The notes: generated by a model from the letters alone, not told the origin. 64,000 bases of DNA from an uncultured Solirubrobacterales bacterium (GCA_963793775.1 CAWCBM010000004.1:106399-170398), one strand, 5' to 3'; positions 9,674 through 19,502 are shown, counted from the first letter of the stretch. Translations and numbers: made by a program.

Positions 9674-11114
9674 ATGTCCAGGAAGGACATGACCTCCGCT
9701 CCCACCAAACCCGAGCTCGTGCATACCGCCTCCGCGGATGAGCGCGCAGCCGCCGGCAAGGCGGCGCGGGAGAAGGTTCCGCGCTCGAGCCACGGCGAAT
9801 GGGAGCGGCCAGCGCGCCGGCGAGATCCGGTCAAGGTGCTCGAGGATCAGGCCAAGAGCCGTGTCCAAGAGCTGGTGCCGATCCGCTACGGGCGGATGCT
9901 GGCCTCGCCGTTCACGTTCTTTCGCGGCGCGGCGGCGATCATGGCGATGGACCTCGCGAAGACCCCCCAGTCCGGGTTGCGCGTCCAGGCATGCGGCGAT
10001 GCCCACCTCTCGAACTTCGGTGTCTTCGCCGCCCCGGACCGCCGTCTGGTGATGGACGTAAACGACTTCGACGAGACCCTGCCGGGGCCCTGGGAGTGGG
10101 ACGTAAAGCGCCTCGCGACGAGCTTCGCGATCGCGGGGCGCGACCGTGACTTCACCCCGACGCAGACCCAGACCGCCGTCCTGAGCACGGTCCGCTCCTA
10201 CCGCGAGGCGATGCGGGAGTTCGCCGCGATGCGCAACCTCGAGGTCTGGTACGCGCGCCTCGACGTCGACACCCTGCTCGCCGACCTGGCCAAGGTCGCC
10301 GACCGCAAGCAGATGAAGGGGTGCAGCCAGAACGTCGCAAAGGCGCGAAAGAAGAACAGCCTGAAGGCCTTCGATCGCCTCGTCCGGGTGGTCGACGGCG
10401 AGCCGCAGATCATCAGCGACCCACCGCTGCTCGTCCCCGCCAGGGAACTGCTCGGCGAGGGCGAGGAGGCGGAGTACGAGGAGCGGATGATCGAGATGCT
10501 CGGCCGCTACCGCGAGAGCCTCAAGGGCGACCGCCGCCACCTCTTCGACGGCTACCGGTTCGTCGAGATGGCCCGCAAGGTGGTCGGGGTCGGCAGCGTC
10601 GGGACCCGCGCCTGGGTGCTGCTGATGATGGGCCGCGACGGACAGGACCCGCTCTTCATGCAGGCCAAGGAGGCCGAGGCCTCGGTGCTCGAGCCCTACG
10701 TCGGCGAGAGCGAGTTCGGAAACCACGGCGAGCGGGTGGTCGAGGGCCAGTGGCTGATGCAGGCCGCGAGCGACATTCTCCTCGGCTGGCTTCCGGCGCT
10801 CGGGTTGGACGACAAAAAGCGAGACTTCTACGTCCGCCAGCTCTGGGACGGCAAGCGATCGGTCGACGTCGAGAACCTGCCGCCGGAGGGGCTGGCGATC
10901 TACGGGCGGGTCTGCGGCTGGACGCTTGCCCGAGCCCACGCGCGGTCCGGCGACCGGATCGCGATCGGCGTCCTACCTCGGCAAGGGCGAGACCTTCGAC
11001 CGGGCGATCGCCGAGTTCTCAGAGCGCTATGCGGACCAGAACGAGCTCGACTACGGCGCCTTGGCCGACGCCGCCAAGTCGGGCCGCATCGAGGTGGAGA
11101 CGGACCTCGACTAG
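9674..11114 (+). pseudogene. DUF2252 family protein, C-terminal ~50 aa in the next frame (1-nt frame break near 10965)
   Basis: ORF 9674..11239 shows the DUF2252 pattern (PIRYGRMLASPFTFFRGAAAIMAMDLAKTP...VQACGDAHLSNFG...NDFDETLPGPWEWDVKRL). After ...RAHARSGDRIAI it turns into Arg/Gly junk. The family-like end ASYLGKGETFDRAIAEFSERYADQNELDY is in ORF 10926..11114. Confidence 0.7.
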
Positions 11115-11151
11115 AGAACGTCAGCCTGCGGTCGCGGTCGTGTTTGCCGCC

Positions 11152-11733
11152 TCAGCGAAGCCTGCCATCGAGCGAACGGGCGGTCACCTCGGCGAGCGCG
11201 ATGCCCAGGAGCGATCCAGCCGCGACGTCGCCGGGATAGTGCACGCCCGTGTGGACGCGGGAGTACGCGACCAACGCTGCCAGCGCCCGTAGGGGCACGG
11301 CCGCCGCCGGAGAGACACGAGCGACTCCGGTCGCGAACGCAAACGCTGCGGCCGTGTGCCCGGACGGAAACGAGCTGGAGACCGGCATGCGGACCTGGCG
11401 GGCGAGGGGGACCTCCTGCGCGGCCCGGTCGGGGCGTCGGCGACGGCCGAGCGGCTTGGCAATCAGGTTGGCGACGGTCGCTGTGACCGCAAGCGACGCG
11501 AGCCCGAGTACGGCCGCCCGGCGGCCGTCGCGCCCGCCCGCCACCGCCAACACCGCAGCCGAACCAAGCGATAGGCGCGAATAGTCGGCGGCGCGCGACA
11601 GTCGGCTCATGGCGCGGTCGATTGTCGGCGTAGGTGTGCGAGCGATCGCCGCATAGACGCCGACGTCGAGGCGCTCGGCCTCATCGAGCCAGCGTGCGCA
11701 TCGCGGCGCCGCCGCGACGGTGGAGGCGTCCAT
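11152..11733 (-). CDS. PAP2-superfamily phosphatase (membrane lipid-phosphate phosphatase type)
   Basis: 193-aa ORF with the KPLGRRRRP...FPSGHTA...SRVHTGVHYPGDV tripartite PAP2 motif and hydrophobic segments. Confidence 0.85.
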   Translation of the reverse strand: MDASTVAAAPRCARWLDEAERLDVGVYAAIARTPTPTIDRAMSRLSRAADYSRLSLGSAAVLAVAGGRDGRRAAVLGLASLAVTATVANLIAKPLGRRRRPDRAAQEVPLARQVRMPVSSSFPSGHTAAAFAFATGVARVSPAAAVPLRALAALVAYSRVHTGVHYPGDVAAGSLLGIALAEVTARSLDGRLR

Positions 11734-11773
11734 GTCGGAGGCGCTCAGGTCCGGTCCGGGGTCCCGCCCAGGA

Positions 11774-11992
11774 TCACCACTTCAACTCGATCTCTAACTC
11801 TCGTTCATTGCTCTCCACCTCTAGCTCGACCTTGAGCTGCACCTCGTCGGGGACGTGGACGGTCATGTTCGTACCGCCCTGCTCGAACTTGACGTCGTTG
11901 CCCTTGGCGAGCATGGTGGCGAGCCTGCGCAGCCGGGTCGCGACCTCCTTGCGGCTCAGGGTCTCCTTCTGCTCGATCTCGACGATGTCCAT
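11774..11992 (-). CDS. Amphi-Trp domain-containing small protein
   Basis: 72-aa acidic ORF ending ...ELEVESNERELEIELKW. It sits between the lipid kinase and PAP2 genes on the same strand. Confidence 0.65.
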   Translation of the reverse strand: MDIVEIEQKETLSRKEVATRLRRLATMLAKGNDVKFEQGGTNMTVHVPDEVQLKVELEVESNERELEIELKW

Positions 11993-12006
11993 CGTTTCTC
12001 CTCGCC

Positions 12007-13365
12007 TCAGTGGTCTGCGTTTGTTGTCTCATGCTGCGGCCCTTCGCGCTGCGCGGCGCCTAGCCGGCGCTCGAGCGGAGCGCGCCCCGCTGCGATCCGC
12101 GCCAGCGCACGGGCGGTCTCCCAGAAATCCTCGGGCATCGCGGCGGAAGGCGAGGCGCCCGGATGCCCGCGGGCGATCCGCACTCGCAGCACGCCGGGCC
12201 TGATTCGGAAGTGAAGTGGCGGGTCCAGCCTCAGCGCCTCACCGTCGATCCCGGCGGCGACCGGGCCGTCTGCGTCGACCTCGAACTCGGGGGTGGACCA
12301 CTCGCGCCAGGGTCGCTGCAGCGGACGCTGATGCTCACCCCGCCCGGTCGGCGCGGCGGCAACCGTGACCCCGAGCAAGCCATCGTCAATTCTCGGGCGG
12401 GTTCCGGAGCCAACGGCGCGGCCGAGCCGGTAGCGGTTATTGGAGACCAGGATCGCAGCGCCGGAGGAGTGTTCATCACCACCAGGCCCCCTCCAGCGCA
12501 GATCGAGCCCCTCGCCGTCGGGACCGAGGGCATCGGGGAGCGTGTCGATGATCGTCCGCAGCTTCGCGTCGCGATAGCCCTTCTGCTGGACCGCCTCCGC
12601 GTAGAGCCCGAGCGAGACGTTGTTGACGAACACCCGCCCGTTGATCTCGGCGAGGTCGACGCGGCGCTCACCACCATTGACAAAGGAGTCGAGAGCGCCC
12701 ACGACGTCATCGCGATCGACGCCTAGGTCGAGGGCGAAGTGGTTGCGAGTGCCCGCCGGAATGCAGCCGTAGGGCAGATCGAGCTCGGCGGCAATCGCGG
12801 CGACGATTGCCTGTGACCCGTCGCCCCCGGCCATCGCCAGCCCGTCGGCGCCATCGGCCACGGCACCACGGACGAGTTGCTCCAGGTCGCTGCCGAGCGT
12901 CAGCTCGATAGGCCGGATGCCGCGGGCACGCGCTTCCTCGGCGAGGTTGAACTTCTCGGCCTTACCTCCGCCGGACTTTGGGTTGAAGAAGAGCACCGGG
13001 TGCTCCGGCGGTCGGGCGTTGGCAAGGGGGACATGGACGCTGAAGGCGGCGCGTGTCGCGGCGAGCGATAGCGCCAGCCCGGCCAGGATGACGAGCGCCT
13101 GGACCACGTGGTCGCCGTCGGTTATCAGCACGACGACCGTCGCCGCGAGCGCAACAACTGCGATCGCGACTCCCAGGACCCTGGCCGCCCCGGTGCGAAG
13201 GAGGCCGTACCAGGCGGCGGCGAACGCGATAACGACTGCCGCGAGGACGATCAGGCCGCGCGGGAACTGCTGGACCACGATGTCGACGGCGAGAATGAGG
13301 ATCACGGGCGGCAGCACGAGAGCCGTGAGTGCGGCTATCCGCTGCGGGGCCCGGTACTTCCCCAT
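12007..13365 (-). CDS. Diacylglycerol-kinase-family lipid kinase (DAGK_cat/YegS-like) with an N-terminal multi-TM segment
   Basis: 452-aa ORF. About 110 aa of hydrophobic N-terminus is followed by VLFFNPKSGGGKA...LAMAGGDGSQAIVA...IPAGTRNHFALDLG. Confidence 0.85.
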   Translation of the reverse strand: MGKYRAPQRIAALTALVLPPVILILAVDIVVQQFPRGLIVLAAVVIAFAAAWYGLLRTGAARVLGVAIAVVALAATVVVLITDGDHVVQALVILAGLALSLAATRAAFSVHVPLANARPPEHPVLFFNPKSGGGKAEKFNLAEEARARGIRPIELTLGSDLEQLVRGAVADGADGLAMAGGDGSQAIVAAIAAELDLPYGCIPAGTRNHFALDLGVDRDDVVGALDSFVNGGERRVDLAEINGRVFVNNVSLGLYAEAVQQKGYRDAKLRTIIDTLPDALGPDGEGLDLRWRGPGGDEHSSGAAILVSNNRYRLGRAVGSGTRPRIDDGLLGVTVAAAPTGRGEHQRPLQRPWREWSTPEFEVDADGPVAAGIDGEALRLDPPLHFRIRPGVLRVRIARGHPGASPSAAMPEDFWETARALARIAAGRAPLERRLGAAQREGPQHETTNADH

Positions 13366-13453
13366 GAGGTAACCGTAACCGCTGGCTCCACCGTCCGCGC
13401 GCGACTCCGTTCAACCGCGAGATCGAGTTCTTACGCGTCGGTGACGGAGCCGT

Positions 13454-14740
13454 TTAGCGAGCCGAAGTGCTCTCGTGCACCAGGCGCCGGGCGCGGGTCA
13501 CCTCGGTCGGAGCGCTCTCCATCGGCGGCGCCTTGTCGCGGGGGTGGCGCTGGAACCAGTCCGCGTAGCGGTTGGAAAGGGGAGCGGCGGTGAGGCCGTG
13601 GGCGAAGACCGAGAGCCCGACGGTGAGGTAGATCGCGAGCACGATCAGGTGCTCGTGGGGGAGCTGGGACTCCTCGATCACGATCACGGCAAAGACGATC
13701 GAGGCCAGCCCGCGAGGACCGAACCAACCGAGAAAGCCAAGCGTCGGCACCTGCGCGTGCGAGCCGAGCATCGCGAGGGCGACGGGCACCATTCGCACGA
13801 CGGTCAGGCTCAAGACCGCGTAGAGGACGAGCTCCCAGCTGAGCTCGCCGAGCGCCGGTCCGAGCAGGATTGCCCCGAAGAGGACGAAGGTGAGGCCGTT
13901 TAGCACGCTGCCGACCTCCTCGGTGAGGCGGTTGACGTCCTCGGGGTCGCGCTTGATCACCGCCCGGAAGACCATGCCGGCGACGAAGGCGGCGATGAAC
14001 CCCGATCCGTCGAGCGCGCTCGCGGTGCCGTAGGCGAGCGCTGCCCCGGCGGCCGGGATCACCTGGCGCCAGGCACCGTCGATCAGGTCGCGGCGCCCGG
14101 CATAAACGATCACCGCGCCGATCAGGAGCCCGGCGGCGACCCCGCCGAGGACCCCGTAGCCGATCTCCTCGAGCAGCAGCGTGGCGGCGCTTCGGCCCTC
14201 CGAGATATGCGATCCGACGTCTGCCGCCGCGACCGCAGCGAACAGCAGCGGCACGCAGATCCCGTCGTTGAGCCCGCTCTCGACGTTAAGGCCCTGGCGG
14301 ATCCGGCCCGGAAGGCGCGGCTCGGTGACGACCGCCTGGCCGAGGGCGGCGTCGGTCGGCGCCAGGACAACCGCGAGGATGACGGCTTCCCCGAAAGTCA
14401 ACGTGTCGAAGACCACGGCCGCGGCGAGGGCTCCGAGAGCGATCGTCAGCGGCAGGCCGATCCCAAGCAGACGCAGGGGCACCGAGATCTCGCGCCGCAG
14501 CTTTCCGAAGTCGATCCGCGAGGAGTCCGAGAACAGCACGAGCGCCAGAGTCGCCTCGGCCAGCGCGCGCACGGTCTCGCTGGTGCTCGAGATGTCGACC
14601 GCGTCGAGGCCCTTCGGGCCGACCAGCAGGCCGATTGACACGAACAGGATCGCGGGCGTGATCGGCGACCCCGAGATGCGCTTCGAGACCGCGGCGACGG
14701 CGATCAGCACCAGCGCCACGGTCGTCAGCGCCCACTCCAT
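13454..14740 (-). CDS. Cation:proton antiporter (CPA1, Na+/H+ exchanger family)
   Basis: 428-aa polytopic ORF with LAPTDAALGQAV, ESGLNDGICVPLL and GWFGPRGLASIVFA motifs. It is a paralogue of 43480..44667. Confidence 0.9.
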   Translation of the reverse strand: MEWALTTVALVLIAVAAVSKRISGSPITPAILFVSIGLLVGPKGLDAVDISSTSETVRALAEATLALVLFSDSSRIDFGKLRREISVPLRLLGIGLPLTIALGALAAAVVFDTLTFGEAVILAVVLAPTDAALGQAVVTEPRLPGRIRQGLNVESGLNDGICVPLLFAAVAAADVGSHISEGRSAATLLLEEIGYGVLGGVAAGLLIGAVIVYAGRRDLIDGAWRQVIPAAGAALAYGTASALDGSGFIAAFVAGMVFRAVIKRDPEDVNRLTEEVGSVLNGLTFVLFGAILLGPALGELSWELVLYAVLSLTVVRMVPVALAMLGSHAQVPTLGFLGWFGPRGLASIVFAVIVIEESQLPHEHLIVLAIYLTVGLSVFAHGLTAAPLSNRYADWFQRHPRDKAPPMESAPTEVTRARRLVHESTSAR

Positions 14741-14809
14741 TCAGATCCTTTCGATCACGGTCGACCTCCGTGCGTCGAAACCTACCGGCGGGTTCGTTCG
14801 CCGTTTCTC

Positions 14810-15240
14810 TGGCTGGATTGACTCCTGCTGCCGAGTAGGGCACCGCGAGTTGCCTGTGGCCACCCAGGCCGAGTGCGCAGCTCTGCGCGGGAGATCCGTT
14901 GCCTCGTCGGCGGCGGCAACTCGGCCGGCGGCGGTGTTCCTCTCCCAGGGAGCCGCGCGTTGCCGGCTGCTGATCCGCGGCGGGGATCTCGGAAAGTCGA
15001 GCGTTGGATGCGACCCCCGGTCCGGGCGTTGTCATCCTGCTGCCGGGCGAAGCCCGTGCCTTTCCGGCGCACGAACCGGACGCCGCCAAGACATGGCTCC
15101 GAGAAGGACTCGACGCTTAGACCGGCATCGGGTCCCGGCAGCTCGCTGCAATGAGGGGACCTGGCTGACCGCCGCCAGCCGATAATCCAAGACAGCTCGG
15201 GGGAGCGTCAGCAGAGAGCGAACTTCGAGCCCCGGATAGA
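14810..15240 (+). pseudogene. Decayed remnant of a TrxB-like pyridine-nucleotide-disulfide oxidoreductase
   Basis: This spacer has no ORF of its own, but fragments in shifting frames match the central and C-terminal part of TrxB-like enzymes. They are ...AECAALRG..., VGGGNSAGGG (ORF 14873..15154), AVFLSQGAARCRLLIRGGDL (frame of 14181..15185) and later ...GDLADRRQ.... The pieces are interrupted by stops and frame changes. Boundaries are approximate. Confidence 0.4.
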
Positions 15241-15271
15241 CAGCTCCCAATCTCCCGTTCGGAGGGTCGGG

Positions 15272-15496
15272 TCAGGCGGGCGGGGACCCGTGCGGGGCGG
15301 GCCCTTCTTTGTCGCCGGCCCTGGAGCCGGCGCCCGGTTGCTTGATCGCGTTGGCGGCATCCTTTCCTTTGTCCTTCAGGCTTCCCTCGCCGGTCGCGAT
15401 GTCCTTGAGCTCCCCGGCATCCTCCTTGAGGCTCTCCGTCCCGCCACGCTTATCGACGGTCCGCTTCGCCCGGTCGGCGAGCTTCTTGAAATCCAT
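15272..15496 (-). CDS. Small hydrophilic protein, MT0933/Rv0909-like (so-called antitoxin family) or stress-protein type
   Basis: Internal ATG (15496) of ORF 15272..15646: MDFKKLADRAKRTVDKRGGTESLKEDAGELKDIATGEGSLKDKGKDAANAIK.... An AGGAAAGG Shine-Dalgarno lies just upstream. Confidence 0.6.
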   Translation of the reverse strand: MDFKKLADRAKRTVDKRGGTESLKEDAGELKDIATGEGSLKDKGKDAANAIKQPGAGSRAGDKEGPAPHGSPPA

Positions 15497-15627
15497 GCCT
15501 TTCCTCTCGTCCTCGACGGGTTGCGTTCGCAATCTAACGCAGCGACTCCAGCCGAGGCACGCCGGAACTAGAGGTGCGTGATCGCGCGCATGGGGGCAGA
15601 CGGAGTATCTCGTCCCATCGCCACGAC

Positions 15628-16398
15628 CTAGGTCGCTGCGAGCCACTCTTCGAAGCTGGGGCCGGCGAGCTTCGCGCCCGGGTTGGGCAGCGCGGCGCCC
15701 TCCGCGTAGGCCGCGGCGTCCGGGTCGCCGGGCTGACGGCCTTCGCGGATCTCGAACGAGTCACCTCGGCTGGCGAAGAGCGCGGCGGCCACATCGGCGA
15801 GACGCTCCTCCCGCGGGCCGGCGACTTCGGTGATCCTGCCGTTCTCGATTTCCGGCTCCGCGGCCGCATCGGCGAGGGTTTCGGCGACGACGCGGGCGGC
15901 CACGAGCTGCGTTCGGAACTCCGGCAGGTAGGCGACGCCGTCCTGGATCATCCACCCGACCAGCTGATCGACGAACTCGTGAAACTGCGCGGCACGAACG
16001 ATCCGGACCGGGAGCGGGCCTTCGAGCAGCGTCCGCTCCTGCGCCACCTTCGCCGCGTTATAGCCGCCCTCGAACTTGTCGATGCCGATGATCGAGACGA
16101 CGACGATCCGCTTCGCCCCGGCTGTGGCGCCGGCGCGCTGCAGGTTGCGCGCCGAGGCGGTGAAGAATGCGGTCGCCTCCTCCTGGTCGGGCGAGGGCCC
16201 GGTGGCCGTGTCGATGATGGTCTCGGCCCCGGCGAGCGCGTCGTCGAGACCCTCGCCGCTGACCACGTCGACACCCTCGGAGCGCGCGATCGGGACCACT
16301 TCGTGTCCGCGCTGCTCCAGGATCTCGACGAGGTGCGATCCGACCCGGCCGGTGGCTCCCGTGACGGCAATCTTCTGGCTCCTTTTTTCGGTCTGCAT
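15628..16398 (-). CDS. NAD(P)-binding NmrA/SDR-like protein
   Basis: 256-aa ORF with the Rossmann N-terminus KIAVTGATGRVGSHLVEILEQRGHEVVPIAR. Confidence 0.85.
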   Translation of the reverse strand: MQTEKRSQKIAVTGATGRVGSHLVEILEQRGHEVVPIARSEGVDVVSGEGLDDALAGAETIIDTATGPSPDQEEATAFFTASARNLQRAGATAGAKRIVVVSIIGIDKFEGGYNAAKVAQERTLLEGPLPVRIVRAAQFHEFVDQLVGWMIQDGVAYLPEFRTQLVAARVVAETLADAAAEPEIENGRITEVAGPREERLADVAAALFASRGDSFEIREGRQPGDPDAAAYAEGAALPNPGAKLAGPSFEEWLAAT

Positions 16399-16449
16399 CG
16401 TTCATCCTTTCCGGCGCCGGCGGCTCGGCGCCGGCAAGTTTGATCTGTC

Positions 16450-17388
16450 CTAGCGCGAGCGGAACCACGCCACGGTCCGCTCCACCGCCTCGCGGTGCGG
16501 CGTCGGCTCGAGCCGACCGAAGGCACGCTCGAACTTCGACGAGTCGATCACGAAAGGTCCCCTGACCTGATAGGCGGTCTCGCGCAACTCCCGGAGCGTG
16601 GGCGAGAAGATGCCGGCCACGGCGAGCAGCGCCGGCCCCGCGATCTGGGCCTTCGCCGGTGTTGGCCTCCCGGCGGCCTCGAAGACGAGGTCGAAGAACT
16701 GCTGTGCGGTGAGCGGCTCTGCGGCCGGCAGGTGCCAGACCTCACCGTCGGCCTCCGGGCGCTCTGCAAGGACCACGAGCCCGCGGGCGATGTCGGGCAG
16801 GTAGTGGAAGGTGTGCGGCGCGTCGAGCCTCCCGGTCCACAGGGGACGTTTCCCCGCCAGGGCCCGCCCGAAGATCGGCTCCCCCGCGGTCGAGTTCGCG
16901 CCGCCCGGCCCGTAGTAGTCCGAGGCCCTTCCGATCGCGACTCGCACGCGGCCCTTCCGATGGGCGGCGAGGAGCTCGGCGGCGACCTCGACCCGGGTTC
17001 GCCCCTTGGGACCGGCGGCGGCCGCCGGCATGTCCTCCCGCAGCGGTCCGTCGACGGGCCCGTATGCGTACAGGTTGTCGGCGTAGACGAGCTTCGCGCC
17101 CGATGACTCCGCGGCGCCGAGGATCGAACGGCTGACCGGCGGCAGCAGCTCCGGCCACTGCGTATATCCGGGATTGACGCAGTGATAGACGACCCCGGCT
17201 CCCCGCGCGGCGAACGACGCCTCGGCAGGGTCCGCGGCATCGGCGGCCACTCCCTCCGCCCCCTCGGGTGCCTGCCCGCGGCGGCTCACGGCTCGCACGG
17301 GTCTGCCGCGGCGCAAGAGCTCGTCCACGACCGCGCCCCCGATCCCGCCGGTGGCGCCAAAGACGACGTCGATCGAGTCGACGGCCAT
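16450..17388 (-). CDS. NAD-dependent epimerase/dehydratase family protein
   Basis: Internal ATG (17388) of ORF 16450..17478: MAVDSIDVVFGATGGIGGAVVDELLRRGRPVRAVSRR.... 312 aa. Confidence 0.85.
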   Translation of the reverse strand: MAVDSIDVVFGATGGIGGAVVDELLRRGRPVRAVSRRGQAPEGAEGVAADAADPAEASFAARGAGVVYHCVNPGYTQWPELLPPVSRSILGAAESSGAKLVYADNLYAYGPVDGPLREDMPAAAAGPKGRTRVEVAAELLAAHRKGRVRVAIGRASDYYGPGGANSTAGEPIFGRALAGKRPLWTGRLDAPHTFHYLPDIARGLVVLAERPEADGEVWHLPAAEPLTAQQFFDLVFEAAGRPTPAKAQIAGPALLAVAGIFSPTLRELRETAYQVRGPFVIDSSKFERAFGRLEPTPHREAVERTVAWFRSR

Positions 17389-17552
17389 GCGCGGCCAGAC
17401 CCTAGCCAGCTGACCGCGCTGTCGCTTCGCGCGATGGGGAGCAGAGCTGTCCGAACGCGGGAGGAGAAGCCCGACCAAGGCGGGCTGGCTCCTCCCATCG
17501 TGCGGCTACCGCGGTCTGCTGCCTCGTAGGCGCGTCTGACAAGCCCGGAAGA

Positions 17553-18059
17553 TCAGAGCGGGCCCGCCCAGCGCGCTCCTACCTTCCGCCACTTGAGCAC
17601 GTCGGTCACCCCCGAGGTCAATTCTGCCGTCAAGGTAAGCCGTTTGTTGTGCGCGGAGAACTGAAAGCCCCGAACCTGATCGGTGCCGATCAGGCTCGGA
17701 GACGAGGAGGCCTGAACGTGGTGGACGACCACCCCGGCCTTTCGATGAACCTCGGCCGTGGCCGTGTACCAAAGGGCGGATCCGGCATCGAATGATGCCC
17801 GTGAGCCCACTATCGCCCAGAGGTCGCCACGCGGGGTGTAGGTCACCTTGCCGACGGGATCGGGAAACGCCGAGCCGACGGTCGCCCCGTTCTGGTCTAC
17901 GAGGGTCTCGGACACAATGCTCCAGGTCCCGACGAATTTCGCCGGTATCGCCGGCGGTTGTGTCGCCGAAGGCCGGGCAACGGGCTGAGCCGCCGCTGCC
18001 GGGATCGCAAGGATGGTCCCGGCTGCCAGGACAACTCCGAATAGAACGGATTTCCTCAT
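17553..18059 (-). CDS. Secreted lipocalin-like domain protein
   Basis: Internal ATG (18059) of ORF 17553..18107. The signal peptide MRKSVLFGVVLAAGTILAIPAAAA is followed by FVGTWSIVSETLVDQNG...GKVTYTPRGDLWAIV. Confidence 0.6.
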   Translation of the reverse strand: MRKSVLFGVVLAAGTILAIPAAAAQPVARPSATQPPAIPAKFVGTWSIVSETLVDQNGATVGSAFPDPVGKVTYTPRGDLWAIVGSRASFDAGSALWYTATAEVHRKAGVVVHHVQASSSPSLIGTDQVRGFQFSAHNKRLTLTAELTSGVTDVLKWRKVGARWAGPL

Positions 18060-18211
18060 GCGCGTGCGCCCGCCCACATCGCCCGATCGACCATCCGTGC
18101 ATCGCATAACCTGCTCCTCGGTGAGCGTTTCGCCCCGCCTCGGGCGTTCTCCGATGAGGCTATCGGCCCGATTTACACCCCATGCAAAGGGGCAAAATGT
18201 GAGGGTCCAGA

Positions 18212-18454
18212 GTGACCGCGCGCCTGCTTGACTTCGCAGCGCCGGTCCTCCGGGCGGCTCGCATCGAAGCCAACCTGAGCCAGGCCGAGATCGCCGAACG
18301 CGCCGGGGTCAGCCACGCGACGATCTCGCGCATGGAGACCGGGAAGGCGTGGCCCAGCGGCAGGAATGTCGAATCGGTGATCGACGCCTACGCAACCGTC
18401 ACCGGCCTCAGCCAGCTTGATCTCCTAGATGTAAGACCCGAGCGCGTTGTTTAG
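18212..18454 (+). CDS. XRE-family HTH regulator whose 3' end is replaced by the IS481 insertion
   Basis: 80-aa ORF with a GTG start and the HTH LSQAEIAERAGVSHATISRMETGK. The last 9 codons (DVRPERVV*) are read from the IS terminal repeat. Joining 18429 to 19503 restores ...LDLLERIVLDWREEERGG* (stop 19543..19545). Confidence 0.7.
   Translation: MTARLLDFAAPVLRAARIEANLSQAEIAERAGVSHATISRMETGKAWPSGRNVESVIDAYATVTGLSQLDLLDVRPERVV
18424..18429. repeat. Target-site duplication CCTAGA (left copy)
   Basis: CCTAGA lies immediately outside the TGTAAG... end of the IS. An identical hexamer sits at 19497..19502. Confidence 0.8.
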
Positions 18455-19447
18455 CTCGGCGAGCCGAGCTGCGGGCGGCCTTCGGCCAAGGGAGCCGTGT
18501 GGACGCTTGAAGTTGTAGCGCCATAGCCAGCCCTCGAGGGCGGCGGTGCGCTCGGCGGAGCTGCGGTAGACCGCGCCGCGTAGGTCCAGCCGGCGAGCAT
18601 CGTGCGGATAAAGCGCTCGGCCTTGCCGTTGGTCTGCGGCCGGTAGGGACGGGTCCTCAGGTGCGGATGCCGAGCGTCCGGCAGGCGATCGCGTGCACGG
18701 CCGAGCGATAGGCCGAGCCGTTGTCGGTCATCACCGCCTCGACCGAGACCCCGTGGCGGCGGTAGAAGCGAAGCGCGCGGCGCAGGAAGCCGATCGCGGT
18801 GATCGCCTTCTCGTCGGCGAGCACCTCGACGTAGGCGAGGCGGGTGGCGTCGTCGACGCAGACGTGGACGCACTCGTAGCCGACGCTCTTGCGACGCACG
18901 CCCGCGCGCGTCGGTGCGTGCCGGGTTGCGCGTCGCCTTTGGCGGCCGACGACCCGGTGCCCGGCGCCGCCGGCGATCCGACCGAGCTTCTTGACGTCGA
19001 TGTGGACCAGCTCGCCGGGGCGCGAGCGCTCGTAGCGCTGCGCCGGGCTCCATGCCCCAGGCGCCCGAGCCGACCGAGCCCGAGCGGGTGAGGATGCCCG
19101 AGACGGTCGTCTCGGGCATCCCGAGGATCTCGGCGATCTCGGCGCCGGTCATCCGCAGCCGCCGCAGGGCGCAGATCACCTCGATCCGGTCCTCGGGGGT
19201 GCGGTTGTGGACGTGGTTGGCGGCCGAGGGGCGATCGAGCAGGCCCGGCCTCGCCCTCGGCGCGAAAACGCTGCGCCCACTTGCGGGCCGTGGGCTCGCT
19301 CACTTCGGCGGCCTCGGCCGCCTTCGTGAGCGACCATCCCTCTTCAACGATCCTCTGAACGAGGAGCTCGCGCTTTTTCAGGCTGAGAGCCGCGTTAGCG
19401 TGGAGCTTCATCCGGACTACCTCCTTGATGCTGGGTGGCGTAGACAC
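18425..19447 (-). pseudogene. IS481-family DDE transposase, at least 4 frame breaks
   Basis: The pieces lie in different frames. They are MKLHANAALSLKKRELLVQRIVEEGWSLTKAAEAAEVSEPTARKWAQRFRAEGEAG (ORF 18731..19447) and ICALRRLRMTGAEIAEILGMPETTVSGILTRSG plus HLRTRPYRPQTNGKAERFIRTMLAGW (ORF 18451..19179). Next come PAQRYERSRPGELVHIDVKKLGRI (my upstream extension of this frame) and KSVGYECVHVCVDDATRLAYVEVLADE...VMTDNGSAY (ORF 18657..18899). My own translation gives the tail AVYRSSAERTAALEGWLWRYNFKRPHGSLG...LGSYI*, ending in the flanking CTA. Both insertion-type and deletion-type shifts occur. Confidence 0.8.
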
Positions 19448-19496
19448 CCCCAGCCTTCAAGGAGGCCCGGATGAAACAACGGGCTCAGGGATTACA
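18430..19496 (-). mobile_element. IS481-family insertion sequence (1,067 bp) with a decayed transposase
   Basis: The terminal inverted repeats are TGTAAGACCCGAGCGCGTTGTTT (18430->) and TGTAATCCCTGAGCCCGTTGTTT (reverse complement of the 19496 end), about 18/23 identical. The element is flanked by a 6-bp CCTAGA duplication of the NCTAGN target type known for IS481. Internal ORFs encode IS481-type HTH and DDE segments. Confidence 0.85.
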
Positions 19497-19502
19497 CCTA
19501 GA
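19497..19502. repeat. Target-site duplication CCTAGA (right copy)
   Basis: Direct repeat of 18424..18429, abutting the ...GGGATTACA end of the IS. Confidence 0.8.

Noticed and set aside
9542-10939. 465-aa minus-strand ORF
   Set aside because: It is exactly antisense to the DUF2252 gene. The composition is Arg/Gly/Pro/Leu-rich and no family pattern is visible. This is the typical shadow ORF of high-GC DNA.
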